In this document: one piece after another, positions 52,546-64,000 of the stretch
How the letters are laid out: each line of letters begins with the position of its first letter
Numbering within the stretch: the stretch's first letter is position 1
Assembly (NCBI RefSeq): GCF_030028105.1
Contig: NC_092402.1
Span: 41,662,538 to 41,726,537 of the forward strand
Source: Mobula birostris
Taxonomy: Eukaryota
Reading direction: 5' to 3'
Length of the DNA stretch: 64,000 bases
Notes under the pieces: generated by a model
Told to the model about the DNA's origin: nothing
The model's input: the letters and a program-made list of their open reading frames with translations, nothing else
Database searches by the model: none
Translations under genes and position numbers: made by a program

Positions 52546-54989
52546 GTGAGTGTTATTTGATAAGTGATAAATCTGAAGGGATTTTCCCTGTACATTGTAG
52601 AGAACGTGCCTCGTTCGATTTTATAACGTGTGTTGTATTACCTTTGCTTCAAAACTGAAAGACAAGCTTGCAGCTGGTGATTGGAGCACCACAATGCTGA
52701 AGCAATAACCATTGTATACCTCTGCTGTCCAGAATCAAAGGAAAGGGCTTTTGGCGGAATCCAACAGAGAGAGCAAGATGACCATTACAGAACAAGGAAT
52801 CCTCCAGCAGCTCGTCGCTCCAGATTCCAGCATCTGCAATTGCTTGTCTCCTCCAAATTTCCTCTTACTTTAGAACATAAAACAGCTTTTAGCACAGGAC
52901 TTTCAGCCCACAATGTTGTGCCAAACTAATTAAGCCGATGATTGTTCTAATCCCTTCTGCCTGCACATGGTCCATATCCCTCCATTCTCTGCATATTCAT
53001 GTATTATCAAAGAGCTTATTAAATATCTCTGTCATATCTGCCTCCATCACCTCCCCTAGACACCCACCACTGACCTTTTTAAAAAAAAGACTTGACCCAC
53101 ACATCTCCTTTCCACTTATCAAAAGCATTTCTGCAGATCCTGGAAATCCAGAGTTAACACGCACCAAATGCTGGAGCAACTCAGCAGGTCAGTCAGCATC
53201 CATGGAGAGGAATAAATAGTCAGCGTTTCAGGCCGAGACCCTTCATCCTGACCTGCTGAGTTCTTCAAGCATTTGTTGTGTTACACTATTATTTGACCCT
53301 GGAAGAAAGATACCAGCTGTCCACTCTGTCTGTCATCTACCTTTGTAATTGATAAGGGATAACTAAAATACTGTTGTTCCAAACTCCACATTGTTTTCAT
53401 AAATCATGGTTTGCATTTATGTAGCTCCTTTCTTCAAATTCTTTTATAACACTTGTACAAACGTTGTAAATTCAAGAAGTTGAATTAAAGATCCTGCAAA
53501 CACTGAAGTGCTAAGGATCAGACTTTCTGTTTTATTAATATCACAGGTGGGGCGAGCAATTGTTCTCCAAAATACCAGAGATAATGCTCCTGCCCTTTTT
53601 AGAAACAGTGGCCTTTACTGGAGAAGCAGAGAGCTTCAGTGTAGTATTTTAACCTAAGGTAGCACCTCCATCAGTTCAACAATCTCTCAGTGCTACACTG
53701 GTGTGTCAGCTATTGTTTTTATGCTCAAGCTGCTGGAGTAGAATGTACCACCAAATTTTAACTCAAAATCAGAATGTTACTAAATTTATCACAGAAATAT
53801 ATAATTTACACTGGTTTTACCCTCTCTTTCTATCATTTGAAGGCAAAAGTATTTTGTAGACATGTAGAATTATTCAAATCACACTGCTGCTTATAGATGC
53901 ACCAGAGCGAAGCTGAGAGGATCAAACATCTAACCCTAACTTGATGAATCAGGTCAGACTGAGCACGTTGCAAGGTGAACATCAGTGTTATGTGCTTTCA
54001 CTAGGGTTGCAGACAGTGTTTTTTACTGTATGTGTTAATGCACCATTTACAAATGGATGCAGTCAAATCAGGATGCATCGCACTCAAACTTAAATGAGCT
54101 GTTCAAGTAGATAGGCTCGAGTTGGTTTGCTGGGGAAGACGATGGACGTTTCCCTGAATGTCAGAGTGCAGAGCTGAGCTCATACACGTAACTGACTCCT
54201 CCTCTGAATGGGATCCTGTTTCTGCATTTATTAGCTACTGCCTATCAATCTCTTTCAGAGTTCTATGTGTTTCAATGAGTTCTCTTTTCACAGAGTTCCA
54301 CTGTTTACTCTGTACTTACTCATTTATGCCTTTGCTGTCTATGCATCATTTGTTCCTCTAAGACCAACACAAGTGCCTATGTCCAGAACTGACTGAATGG
54401 TGAGGAATTCCGCATCCTTTGTAGATACCTCATCCAAAGCACAGGACAGGTGAGGAGTGCCCGAAGGCTTGTTTTTCAAAAAAAAGTGCTGGACACCGAT
54501 GGCAGTGTATGATGTGTGTGGAATTGATGAGAAACTTGTCCTGCTTTTGTCGGCAAGAAGTATAATGCAATACATACATAGCACAGGCATAGATGATATT
54601 CAATCCAGTCAGAAATACTGATGCATGGACTTTGCCTGGCACTTGAGGAAGGACTCAGTCTTGGAAGGCTTCCTAGCAAAACAGCTTCCACAGAAACAAA
54701 CTTTCAGAGCTTCCAAACAATTGATCCACAGGGAATACTCCACTGTCTCTAAGAACCATTTTAATGTTTGTAATGACTGGTGTAGCCAATCCTCCCAGGA
54801 GCAATGCTTCACACAGAGATCAAAAACTAACAAACTTAATACCCAGATCCACCCAAGTTCCCTCTTTCCACATTTTGTTACAGTACTAAGGAAGCATTAT
54901 TGTTCCTCTCTGTGTCTTGTGGTACATCAGGTGGCAACCTTGCACTTAACCGTTTTTTTACCATGCTGAGTTGCTAGCTCAACACTTAA

Positions 54990-55076
54990 CCCAGTGTGCA
55001 AGGAGCCACTCAGATTCGAACCCGGGACCATTCGCCTCTAAGTCCAGTGCTGATGCCGCTACACCACCGGCTGGCT
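54990..55076 (-). mobile_element. tRNA-derived SINE head
   Basis: Minus strand gccagccggtggtgtagcgg...cccgggttcgaatc (A and B boxes); no acceptor stem. Confidence 0.65.
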
Positions 55077-55409
55077 TACTGAGGAAGCGTGTTCTTGTCT
55101 TAATGATGAGTCATTAAGCAGTCTTTTACCTGTGCTGTGTAGATGTGCCATGGATCCCAAGAGCCTCTTCAAAGAAGAGCAGGAAGATTTCTCTTCCTTG
55201 AATAATCTTAGATATTAATCAAACAGGTTCCACTTGTCATGAGAAGACAGAAATAGTTGCTTTCTCGTTACTGATGGCTAACATTGTTCCTTCAGTCGAC
55301 ACCACCCAGAAATAGATTAACTGGAAATTAGTCCATGTCTGCTTCCCATGGTACTTTGCTATGTTTAAATTAATTGTTACAATTTAGCAAATTACAATGA
55401 TAAACTTCA

Positions 55410-58400
55410 GGGGGACTTCCGGTAGAGCTCATGGAGTGAAGTCGTGTTCTTGACTCGCTCCATCACCTCTTGAGTTTTTTTTCCTATGATCAGCTATATT
55501 TAACTAACCATTAAGGCATCGACTTTTACAATAATCTGAAATAAATTGGGCTTTTTGGTATTCGGATGCTTTTAAGGTCTGCTATGTCTAAGAACAGTAA
55601 AAATGGGAAAGACGGCAAACCTCCGGTTAGACCGAAAGGTACCGATCTCCCTCCGACTGAACCACCTTTGACTTTGAAAGCTATATCGGATCTAATTCAA
55701 AGGGAAATATCAACCTCTATAAAGGAGCTGATTCGTGCGGAAATTTCAATTAATTTCCAGAAAATTGCCGATTCAATCGATAAAATGCAAACATCTATCA
55801 CGGAACATCAGTCGGCTATATTTAATCTTCAAAAATCCACGCAACAAAATGAACTCAAGATGGAGAAAATTGAAGAAACAATTACTATAATGAAGAAAAA
55901 ACTTGACTTTCTGACTTTTAAAAACTCTGACTTAGAATCCAGAATGCGACGGCAGAATATTCGAATTATTGGTGTTCGTGAAGCTGCTGAATCTGACAAC
56001 TCTATAAAGTTTTTTTTCTCAACTTTTAAAAGATGCATTTCCTACCATATTTCCTGACCAACCACCATTATTGGATTGGGCTCACAGAGTTCCATCATAT
56101 TCGTCTAAGTCAGATAAACCTCGGCATGTCATTTTACGTTTTCATTATTTTCAAGACAAGGAGAAACTGCTTCGATTTGTTCGATCTAAAGGTTAGATTG
56201 AGTTTTTGGATCTTCAGTTCCGATTCGTGGAGGACTTCAGCAAACAGATTCGGCATCAACGGGTTCGTTACAGATCTGTGATGTCGGAACTCTACAAGAT
56301 GGATTTAAAACCAGCGCTGCTTTACCCAGCGCGTCTAAGGATCCGCACGCCTGACGGAGCTTTCCGTTTTTTTGAATCTCCATCGGATGCCCAGAGTTAT
56401 CTGGATCAATTTTCACCTTCAACATCTTAATCGTAATTTTTAACTATCTCTGTTTGATCGGAGGTTGTGAATCTGTCGGGTTTAATTTTTGTTTGCTTTA
56501 TATGGGCAGAAAAGTTTATTTTTGATTAATTAATATGGTTGCCAAACTTTCTTTCCAACTGCGTCATTCCTTTCTTTTTCCTTGGGGATTATGGGTGGTT
56601 AGTCCCTTAGTATCATTTTGCGTATTTCCTTTGAGGCCTTAAATTTCGTAGTCTTTAAATGTACTTTTTTTTGTAGGTTTTCCTAACTAGTTTATATTAA
56701 TAATTTCATTTCTTTTTTTTGGTTAATCATTGGATTTGTGGTCTGTTACGGTTTTCTTTATATTTTCTGGCTTTTTCTCTGTTTTACATTGTGCTTGTCT
56801 TAATTGATCTACCTTCTTTTATTCTTCTACTGTTTTATAACTAGCTGATCTTTTTTATATTTACACTTTTTTTAGTGAGCATCTATCGGAAGTCATGGGG
56901 GTAGTTTTAGTGCTTGCTTCTTTCTGGCGGGTCTGCTTTAGATCTAGCCTTGGGGTCATGGGATGGGGGGTGGTGGGAGGGGCTTCACGTTTTAGGTTTT
57001 TTCTTCTTGGGCTACTTACATTACTGAAGTATTGGTTGCGTTCTCCTTCCCGTTATCTCTGGTTTGTTCTGCTCCCTTTCCGGGTTCATGGGTCGAACCT
57101 ATCGTCAATCCTTTTTTTTGCGGGTTGACTTTAGGGTTTATGGAGTCTATTATTAATTTTGTCTCCTGGAATACTAATGGTCTTAATAATCCTATTAAAA
57201 AGAAAAAAGTTTTTAAAGTATTCCAGAGACTTAAAGCACATGTTCTATTTTTACAAGAGACCCATGTGCGGAGGGGGGACAGACTACATTTTTTTAAATT
57301 CTGGAAGAGAAAACAGTTTCATTCGAACTCTAACGCTAAGATTCGAGGCGTCTCTATTTTTATAGACTCCTCAGTCACTTTTGTACAACATGATATTATC
57401 TCTGATCCGAATGGTAGATTTTTACTGGTTAGTGGTCTACTATTTAATAAAAAGGTAGTTTTGGTCAATGTTTATGCACCCAATATGGACTGTCCGGAAT
57501 TTTATAAATCATTATTTAATCAGTTCCCGAATCTGAATGAGTTTTCATTGATCTGGGGTGGAGATCTTAATACTTGCTTATCCCCAGTTTTGGACCGTTC
57601 GGCTCCTTATACGGACTTTACCCAATAAATCTGCAACTTTGATTAACTCATTCCTCTCTGATTCTGGGTCGACGGACATCTGGCGTTTTTTGCATCCTCA
57701 GGAAAAAGATTTTTCTTTTTTTTCACATGTTCACCGTTCTTATTCAAGAATTGATTATTTCTTTATTGATTCTCGGCTTATCTCTTCGGTGATTAAATGT
57801 GATTATGACTCTATTACCATTTCGGATCATGCTCCACTTAAGCTTTCTATTAAAATTCAGGTCAATGCACAAAATAATAGACAATGGCGTTTTAATTTGT
57901 TGCTGCTTCAGGACTCGGATTTTGTTAACTTTAGGAATGAACAGATTGATCTTTTTTTTACAATCAACTACACAGAGGATATTTCTGTGAACATTCTTTG
58001 GGATACTTTTAAAGCTTATATTCCTGGTCAGATTATCTCGTATTCTGCTGCTTTGAGGAAGAAGCTGAAGCAGGAGGAGCTGGTCATTGTGGACAAGATT
58101 AAGGAAATTGATAAGAAATATGTTACAGCTCCCTCTGAGGAGTTGTATAAACAAAGAACTGAACTTCAAATGGAACATAGTTTATTACTTTCGTCTTCGA
58201 TTGTAAACCAATTAAAGAAAACAAGAAGTGAATTTTATGTACACAGTGACAAAGTTGGCAAATTGTTGGCTAACCAATTGAAGTCTAATTATACTAAATC
58301 TCAAATTAATCAGATTTATAATCAAAATGATCGATTGATATTTGATCATGCGGAGATTAATCAAACCTTTTTTGATTTTTATTCTTCCTTATATCAATCT

Positions 58401-61281
58401 GAGTCTTTACGAGACTCTAAATATATGAATGACTTTTTAGATAACCTAGATTTCCCTGAGATTTCACAGGATATGTCTTCTATGCTAGATACTCCCATTA
58501 CCACTGATGAGATTAAGAATGTTATTTCCTCTATGAACCTGGGGAAAGCTCCTGGCCCTGATGGGTTTACCGTGGAATTTTATAGGTTTTTTGCACCTTC
58601 ATTAATCCCTTGGTTCGGTAGGGTTTTGGAGGCTTCATTAAAACTTGGTAAACTTCCCGAATCCTTCTATAGAGCGTCAATCTCTCTAATATTAAAGAAG
58701 GATAAAGATCCTGCTCAATGTGCATCTTATAGACCAATATCTTTATTAAATGTTGATTCTAAAATTTTTTCTAAATTATTAGCAAACAGATTAGAAAAAG
58801 TTCTCCCTTTTATTATTTCGGAAGACCAAACGGGTTTTATTAAAGGTCGTTACTCTTTCTATAACATTCGCACATTGTTAAATATTGTTTATACCCCCTC
58901 ACAAAATGTTCCTGAGTGTGTTATCTCTTTAGATGCTGAAAAAGCTTTTGATAGAGTAGAATGGCCTTACTTATTTAAGGTGCTTGAAATGTTTAATTTT
59001 AGCTCGAAATTTATATCTTGGATCAAACTGTTATATCATTCTCCTATGGCCTCGGTCCGTACTAACTCCTTAAGCTCACCTTTTTTCCCTCTTTTTCGAG
59101 GTACTCGACAAGGTTGTCCTCTTAGTCCTTTATTATTTGATATTGCATTAGAACCTCTTGCAATTGCCATTCGAGAATCTCCAAATATTATTGGGATAAC
59201 TCGGGGCTTAAAGTCCCATAAAATATCACTCTATGCTGATGACTTACTTTTATATATTTCTAATCCTCAAAAATCTATCCCTGCTGCTTTAGATTTATTA
59301 GCACAATTCAGTCTTTTTTCAGGTTATAAATTAAATCTTAGTAAGAGTGAACTTTTTCCGATTAATAAACAACTTCCCTTGTATCATAACTTTCCGTTTA
59401 AATTGATTAATAATTATTTCTCATATCTTGGGATTAAAATTACTTATAAACACAAAGATTTATTTAAGACTAATTTTTTACCCTTAATTGATCATATTAC
59501 TCAACTTTCATCTAAATGGTTTCCATTATATTTAACTTTGATTGGTTGTATTAATGCAGTTAAGATGTTTTTTCTACCAAAATTTTTATATATATTTCAG
59601 GCATTACCGATTTCTGTTCCAAAATCTTTTTTTGATAAAGTTGACTCTAAAATTTCTTCATTTATTTGGCAAAATAAAAACCCGAGACTGGGTAAAATAC
59701 ATCTACAGAAAGCTAAGAGAGATGGAGGTTTAGCATTACCTAACTTTAGATTCTATTACTGGGCAATTAATATTCGACATATGAAATTTTGGTTACTTGA
59801 CCAAGATACACGATCCATCCCTAAATGGGTAGTTTTGGAATTACAATCTGCTCAGGGCTATGCACTTGGCTCTATTTTAGGTTCCTCTCTTCCTTTCGAT
59901 TTGAAACGCCTCAAACTGGTTTCTAACCCGATAGTTAAATATACCTTACGTATTTGGTTTCAATTCAGAAAATTTTTCGATCTTAACCAATTTGGGCTAG
60001 TGATCCCTATTTTTAGGTAACATTTTTTCCTCCCTCTTTCACGGATCGTGTGTTTCAAATTTGGAAGACTAAGGGTATTTCACGGTTTTTGGATTTATTT
60101 TTAGATGGTTCCTTTATGTCTTTTGAACAATTATCTAATAAATATAATTTACCAAGAATACATTTTTTTAGATATCTTCAAGTTAGAAATTTCCTAAGTA
60201 CTATACTTTCTTCCTTTCCAATGCTTCCTCCTACATATATTTTAGATACTATAATTAACCTTAATCCATGTCAGAAAGGTGCAACGACTATTATTTATAA
60301 TATTATTATGAAACTTAGGAAAGCTCCATTTGATAAGATTAGGTCAGATTGGGAACAAGAATTGGGTTCTATTATTTCCGTGGATGACTGGGGGCAGATT
60401 TTACAATTAGTCAATACTTCCTCTATCTGTGCTAAACATTCCCTAATTCAATTTAAAGTTGTTCATAGAGCACATATGTCCAAAGATAAGTTAGCTCATT
60501 TTTATTCTCATATTAATCCTTTATGTGATAGATGTCCGGGGCAGATAGCTCCCTTAACTCATATGTTTTGGTCTTGTCCTACTCTGGAAACTTTTTGAAG
60601 AGACATTTTTAATATTATCTCAAAGGTATTGAATATAGATATCTCTCCTTATCCTATTACTGCTATCTTTGGATTACCTAAAATTTCCAGTAATCTTTCC
60701 CCTTCAGCCCGTAGAATGATTGCATTTCTTACTTTAATGGCAAAAAGATGTATCTTACAACATTAATGTTAATGCTCCAACTACCTTTTTTTGGTTCTCC
60801 CAGACGATATTATGCTTAAATTTGGAGAAAATTAGAAGTAATCTTTATGATTCCTCATTTAAATTTGAACAGACCTGGAGATCTTTTATTCAATATTTTC
60901 ATTTAATGTAATTTTTTTTTTCTCTTTTGTTTCATATTTATATTCCCTTGTTTTTTTAACTGTTTTTAATGGAGGTCGGGTTTGAGGACGTGATTTTAAG
61001 TTCTTTAACTCTACCTGTTTCCAAGTTAGCCCATTGATTTGCTTTGCTTTTAGTTTAGTTGCACGGTGGGTTTTTTTTGGGTTTTTTTTTCCCTTTTCTC
61101 TATTGATATATATAAAAATTAGTATACTATTAATTTACCTTATTATTTTATGTTTAAACTGCACTGTTTGTATCAATTTTTTTCTGTATTAATATCCCCT
61201 GTAATTTCTAACAGTGTATTAGTGCTTATATGGTTTACCTTTTGTATACTTATTTAATAAAAAGATTTAAAAAGAAAGAAA
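55410..61281 (+). mobile_element. Full-length L1-clade LINE: ORF1 ~55566-56430, ORF2 ~57140-60911, several disabling mutations
   Basis: TSD gataaacttca (55399-55409 / 61282-61292); ORF1 LESRMRRQNIRIIG; ORF2 APE (GGDLN, SRIDYF, SDH), RT (GTRQGCPLSP, YADD), CCHC knuckle; AATAAA plus (aaag)n tail. Confidence 0.97.
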
Positions 61282-61711
61282 GATAAACTTCAAAGTTAAT
61301 CAATTAGTTATAAATTATCCATAACATGATGTGTAAGTGAAAATTCTTTCTGTCAATGTACCAATATAGTCCATCAGATTAATGCTATGACAGATTGTAA
61401 ACTTATCTTACCACTTTTATTAAGGGAAATGACAGCTCTTAATTTTCAGTGGCTTTACAGTGTGTCAAATATTGATAATTATGGTAAGGTTCTTGACTGT
61501 GACATCCAGGGGCTGATTTTTCTCAATCTGTAGCAAGACGATCAATGTTAGTATACTTGGAGTAACTATAACTCTGCTATTGTGATATAAAATAGCCTGT
61601 TTTTAATTCAAAATTATTGTAAAGCATTTCATTGTCAAACGAACTGCTGAAATACAGGGTTATGCTGATAATTCTGAATTCTTTACAAGTAGCTCAAATT
61701 TCTTCCTCTAG

Positions 61712-61800
61712 GACAATTTTCTGGTGGTTCAGATCCTCATTATGAGGTATTTGTAGAGATAGAAGGAGTCAGAAACTTGTCAGAGGATCAGCGTTACAAG
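61712..61800 (+). CDS. ghdc: GHDC coding exon 6 (QFSGGSDPHYEVFVEIEGVRNLSEDQRYK)
   Basis: ctag/gtgag boundaries, 89 nt, PHYEVFVE motif. Confidence 0.92.
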
Positions 61801-62090
61801 GTGAGACTCCATCTTTATTTTCCTTTATGGAGAAAAATTATGCTGATTTAAGCTTAAAATTATTTCACCTTTGAATTTTTCAGATGGTTGTAAAGCAAAA
61901 ATATTTGATAAATAATATAATCATAGAAATCATGTAAAATAGCCATTCTCCTATTCTGATTGGTAGTAGATTTATCTATCCACCTCAACAGAGCGTTATA
62001 GTTAATTTTAGATTTATTTTCTGTTTAATTGCTAACAAAAGCTAAGCTGTATTTTATTATTATTGACATCCACTTATCTATCTCCTTTAG

Positions 62091-62312
62091 TTGGATCAGT
62101 GCCTTCAAGAAGATTCAGCAGTGTATCAGTTATTTCGACGCAAGGGCAGCATTGGACCAATGAGAGTTCACATTGTTGCAATGGGCAGCTTCAAGGAGCT
62201 AACAGATTTCATCATCGCAAATTTAGGCACTTCGCATAATCAGTTCCAAATCCCCCGTGTTCTGAAGAACAAACAATTTTTGGACTTCATTCAAAGAAAA
62301 GTGATTTCATGA
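62091..62312 (+). CDS. ghdc: GHDC last coding exon (LDQCLQEDSAVYQLFRRKGSIGPMRVHIV...QFQIPRVLK...VIS*)
   Basis: tttag acceptor, Q-x-x-x-PR GH3 C-terminal motif, TGA stop; spliced CDS 1797 nt = 598 aa plus stop. Confidence 0.93.
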   Translation: MDQCLQEDSAVYQLFRRKGSIGPMRVHIVAMGSFKELTDFIIANLGTSHNQFQIPRVLKNKQFLDFIQRKVIS

Positions 62313-63278
62313 AACCTTTGCTTTTTTAGTTTCATGTCTTTGAGCCTTAATTTAGCTTCATTCACCTCTTCCTTGCATTGGATTGATAAAGACCAACAGC
62401 AGCCCCTTTTGGATGTAATTCTACCTGACTCTTGTGACTGATTTTGTTTTTACCCTTTTGTTGCGAGTCTTCATGAAGTCAGTCCTGGGGGTTGGTGGTG
62501 TAGGGGTGAGGTGGGTGTTGTGGTTGGAGCTGGTCAGACTGTGCAAGCTCTATTGGAGCGTGGAACCAACCCTGATGGACAGTCATTGTCATTTTGCCAA
62601 TATTTGGATTCTAATATACTGTATACTGTAGCTTCCTATGAGGTCTCTGCAGTGAAAATTGTGGATTGGATGCACTGGAATGAACTGAAATCCTGCTTCA
62701 GACACTCTGTGAGAGCACTGTTGGTCAGTGGGATTTGGTATCTGCCGAGATGAAACCTCTTCCAGAGAAACCCACTATTATCATAACTAATCACAGCTCA
62801 TTTATCTGCATAATTATTGGGTTTTTTTGCTTTAAAGCAATTTACAGCAGTAAACTTATACATTCAGTTATTAAATCTGCTTGTATTGATGCAAAATTTA
62901 ACTTTATTGTTCCTTCCCTTGCAAGTTACTTGCAGGGGACTGCTGCCATTGCTTGACAGTAAAGAGTTTTTTTTACTCTGTCACGTTTTAGCCTGGTTGT
63001 TGCCTGTCCTGATATACCCAATTAAAGTTGGAGTTGGTCCACCGCTATGTGTTTCAAATGTGGTCATTTTGATGGTACAACCTCACCCGTGAGTGATTGC
63101 TTTCTGACATGGAACATTTGTTTGTATATAGGGCAGACAGTCAACTGTTCCATCATGTGGTTGTGCTGTGGGAACTTGACACAACACCTTCACCTTAAAA
63201 CCAGTGTGTGGCCTCTTATGAATGCGATAACATCTAGGCAGCTATTAATCTCGCCTATTTGTGTGTGACTACAGCACA

Positions 63279-63284
63279 AATAAA
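63279..63284 (+). promoter_or_regulatory. Candidate GHDC polyadenylation signal AATAAA
   Basis: ~1 kb after the stop; ATTAAA alternatives near 62870 and 63021. Confidence 0.35.
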
Positions 63285-63659
63285 ATCATGGATGTTTATG
63301 ATATGAATGGAGTCCTCACAGCCTTTCGAAGTATTATCAGTTGATGTATTGCAGTTGAGAATTTTCACACTTGTTCTGTGCTTATCCAGATATCGTTTGA
63401 TAGGCTTTCCCCATGCATTTGAGAAATGAGCGTTAGATCCCCACCATCATCCTGCTGCTCCCATTTAGTCCTTTCAGCTATTGTCATAAATCAAAGGCTG
63501 TAGTTAGTGAATGTGCCACATTGGCAATCTGAGATTGTGAAGCTGCTTCTAAACTCTAAGGATTAATTGGGGCACAGGGGGACTACAGCTTTTAAGACAG
63601 AAAAGAGTAACAATATGATTGTCCTTTCTTTTAAAGTTCAAAGTAAATTGATTATCGAA

Positions 63660-64000
63660 CTATTTTGTGTCAGTTTTCACTGTGAAAGACACTGCCAATA
63701 TGCCAGAAATTCGAGAGTGTCATGGGGCTGAAGTGAGTGTAGTTGGTATTACTAAGGATTGGGAAGCTGAAAGGTCTGAAGGTGGATAAGTCGCCTGCAC
63801 CAGATGGACTACACTCCAGGGTTCTGAAAGAGGTGGCTGAAGAAATTGTGGAGGCATTAGTAATGATCTTTCAAGAATCACTAAATTCTGGAATAGTTCC
63901 AGAGAAGAGGAAAATTGCAAATATCACTCCACTCTTTAAGAAGGGAGGGAGGCAGAGGAAAGGAAATTATAGGCCAGTTAGCCTGACTTCAGTGGTTGGG
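63660..64000 (+). mobile_element. CR1 ORF2 fragment running off the window end
   Basis: Encodes DGLHSRVLKEVAEEI...ANITPLFKKGGR..KGNYRPVSLTSVVG. Confidence 0.85.

Noticed and set aside
54995-55076. tRNA gene
   Set aside because: A and B boxes are present but there is no cloverleaf acceptor stem; it continues into a SINE body

Overview
Vertebrate genomic DNA, most likely a cartilaginous fish (probably a ray). That assignment is inferred from fish-type STAT5 residues and a repeat landscape of CR1, Penelope, Rex1, V-SINE, Deu-SINE and Tc1 elements. The window holds two spliced genes on the + strand. The first is the last 12 coding exons of STAT5 (coiled-coil end, DNA-binding, linker, SH2, phosphotyrosine and transactivation tail; stop at 19359-19361). 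The second is an apparently complete GHDC gene (GH3-domain acyl-acid amido synthetase-like; CpG-rich promoter, non-coding first exon, 7 coding exons, 598 aa). The tandem STAT5B-to-GHDC order matches the mammalian locus. Introns and the spacer carry a full-length TSD-flanked L1, a nearly intact RTE-clade LINE, two Tc1 transposons, a mariner MITE, nested Rex1 copies and many CR1/SINE fragments. The most notable non-coding element is a young, TSD-flanked Penelope-derived 75-bp perfect hairpin 1.8 kb after the STAT5 stop, carrying an intact minimal hammerhead ribozyme motif on the minus strand. I found no convincing wholly new system. All calls come from reading the sequence; no database search was run.
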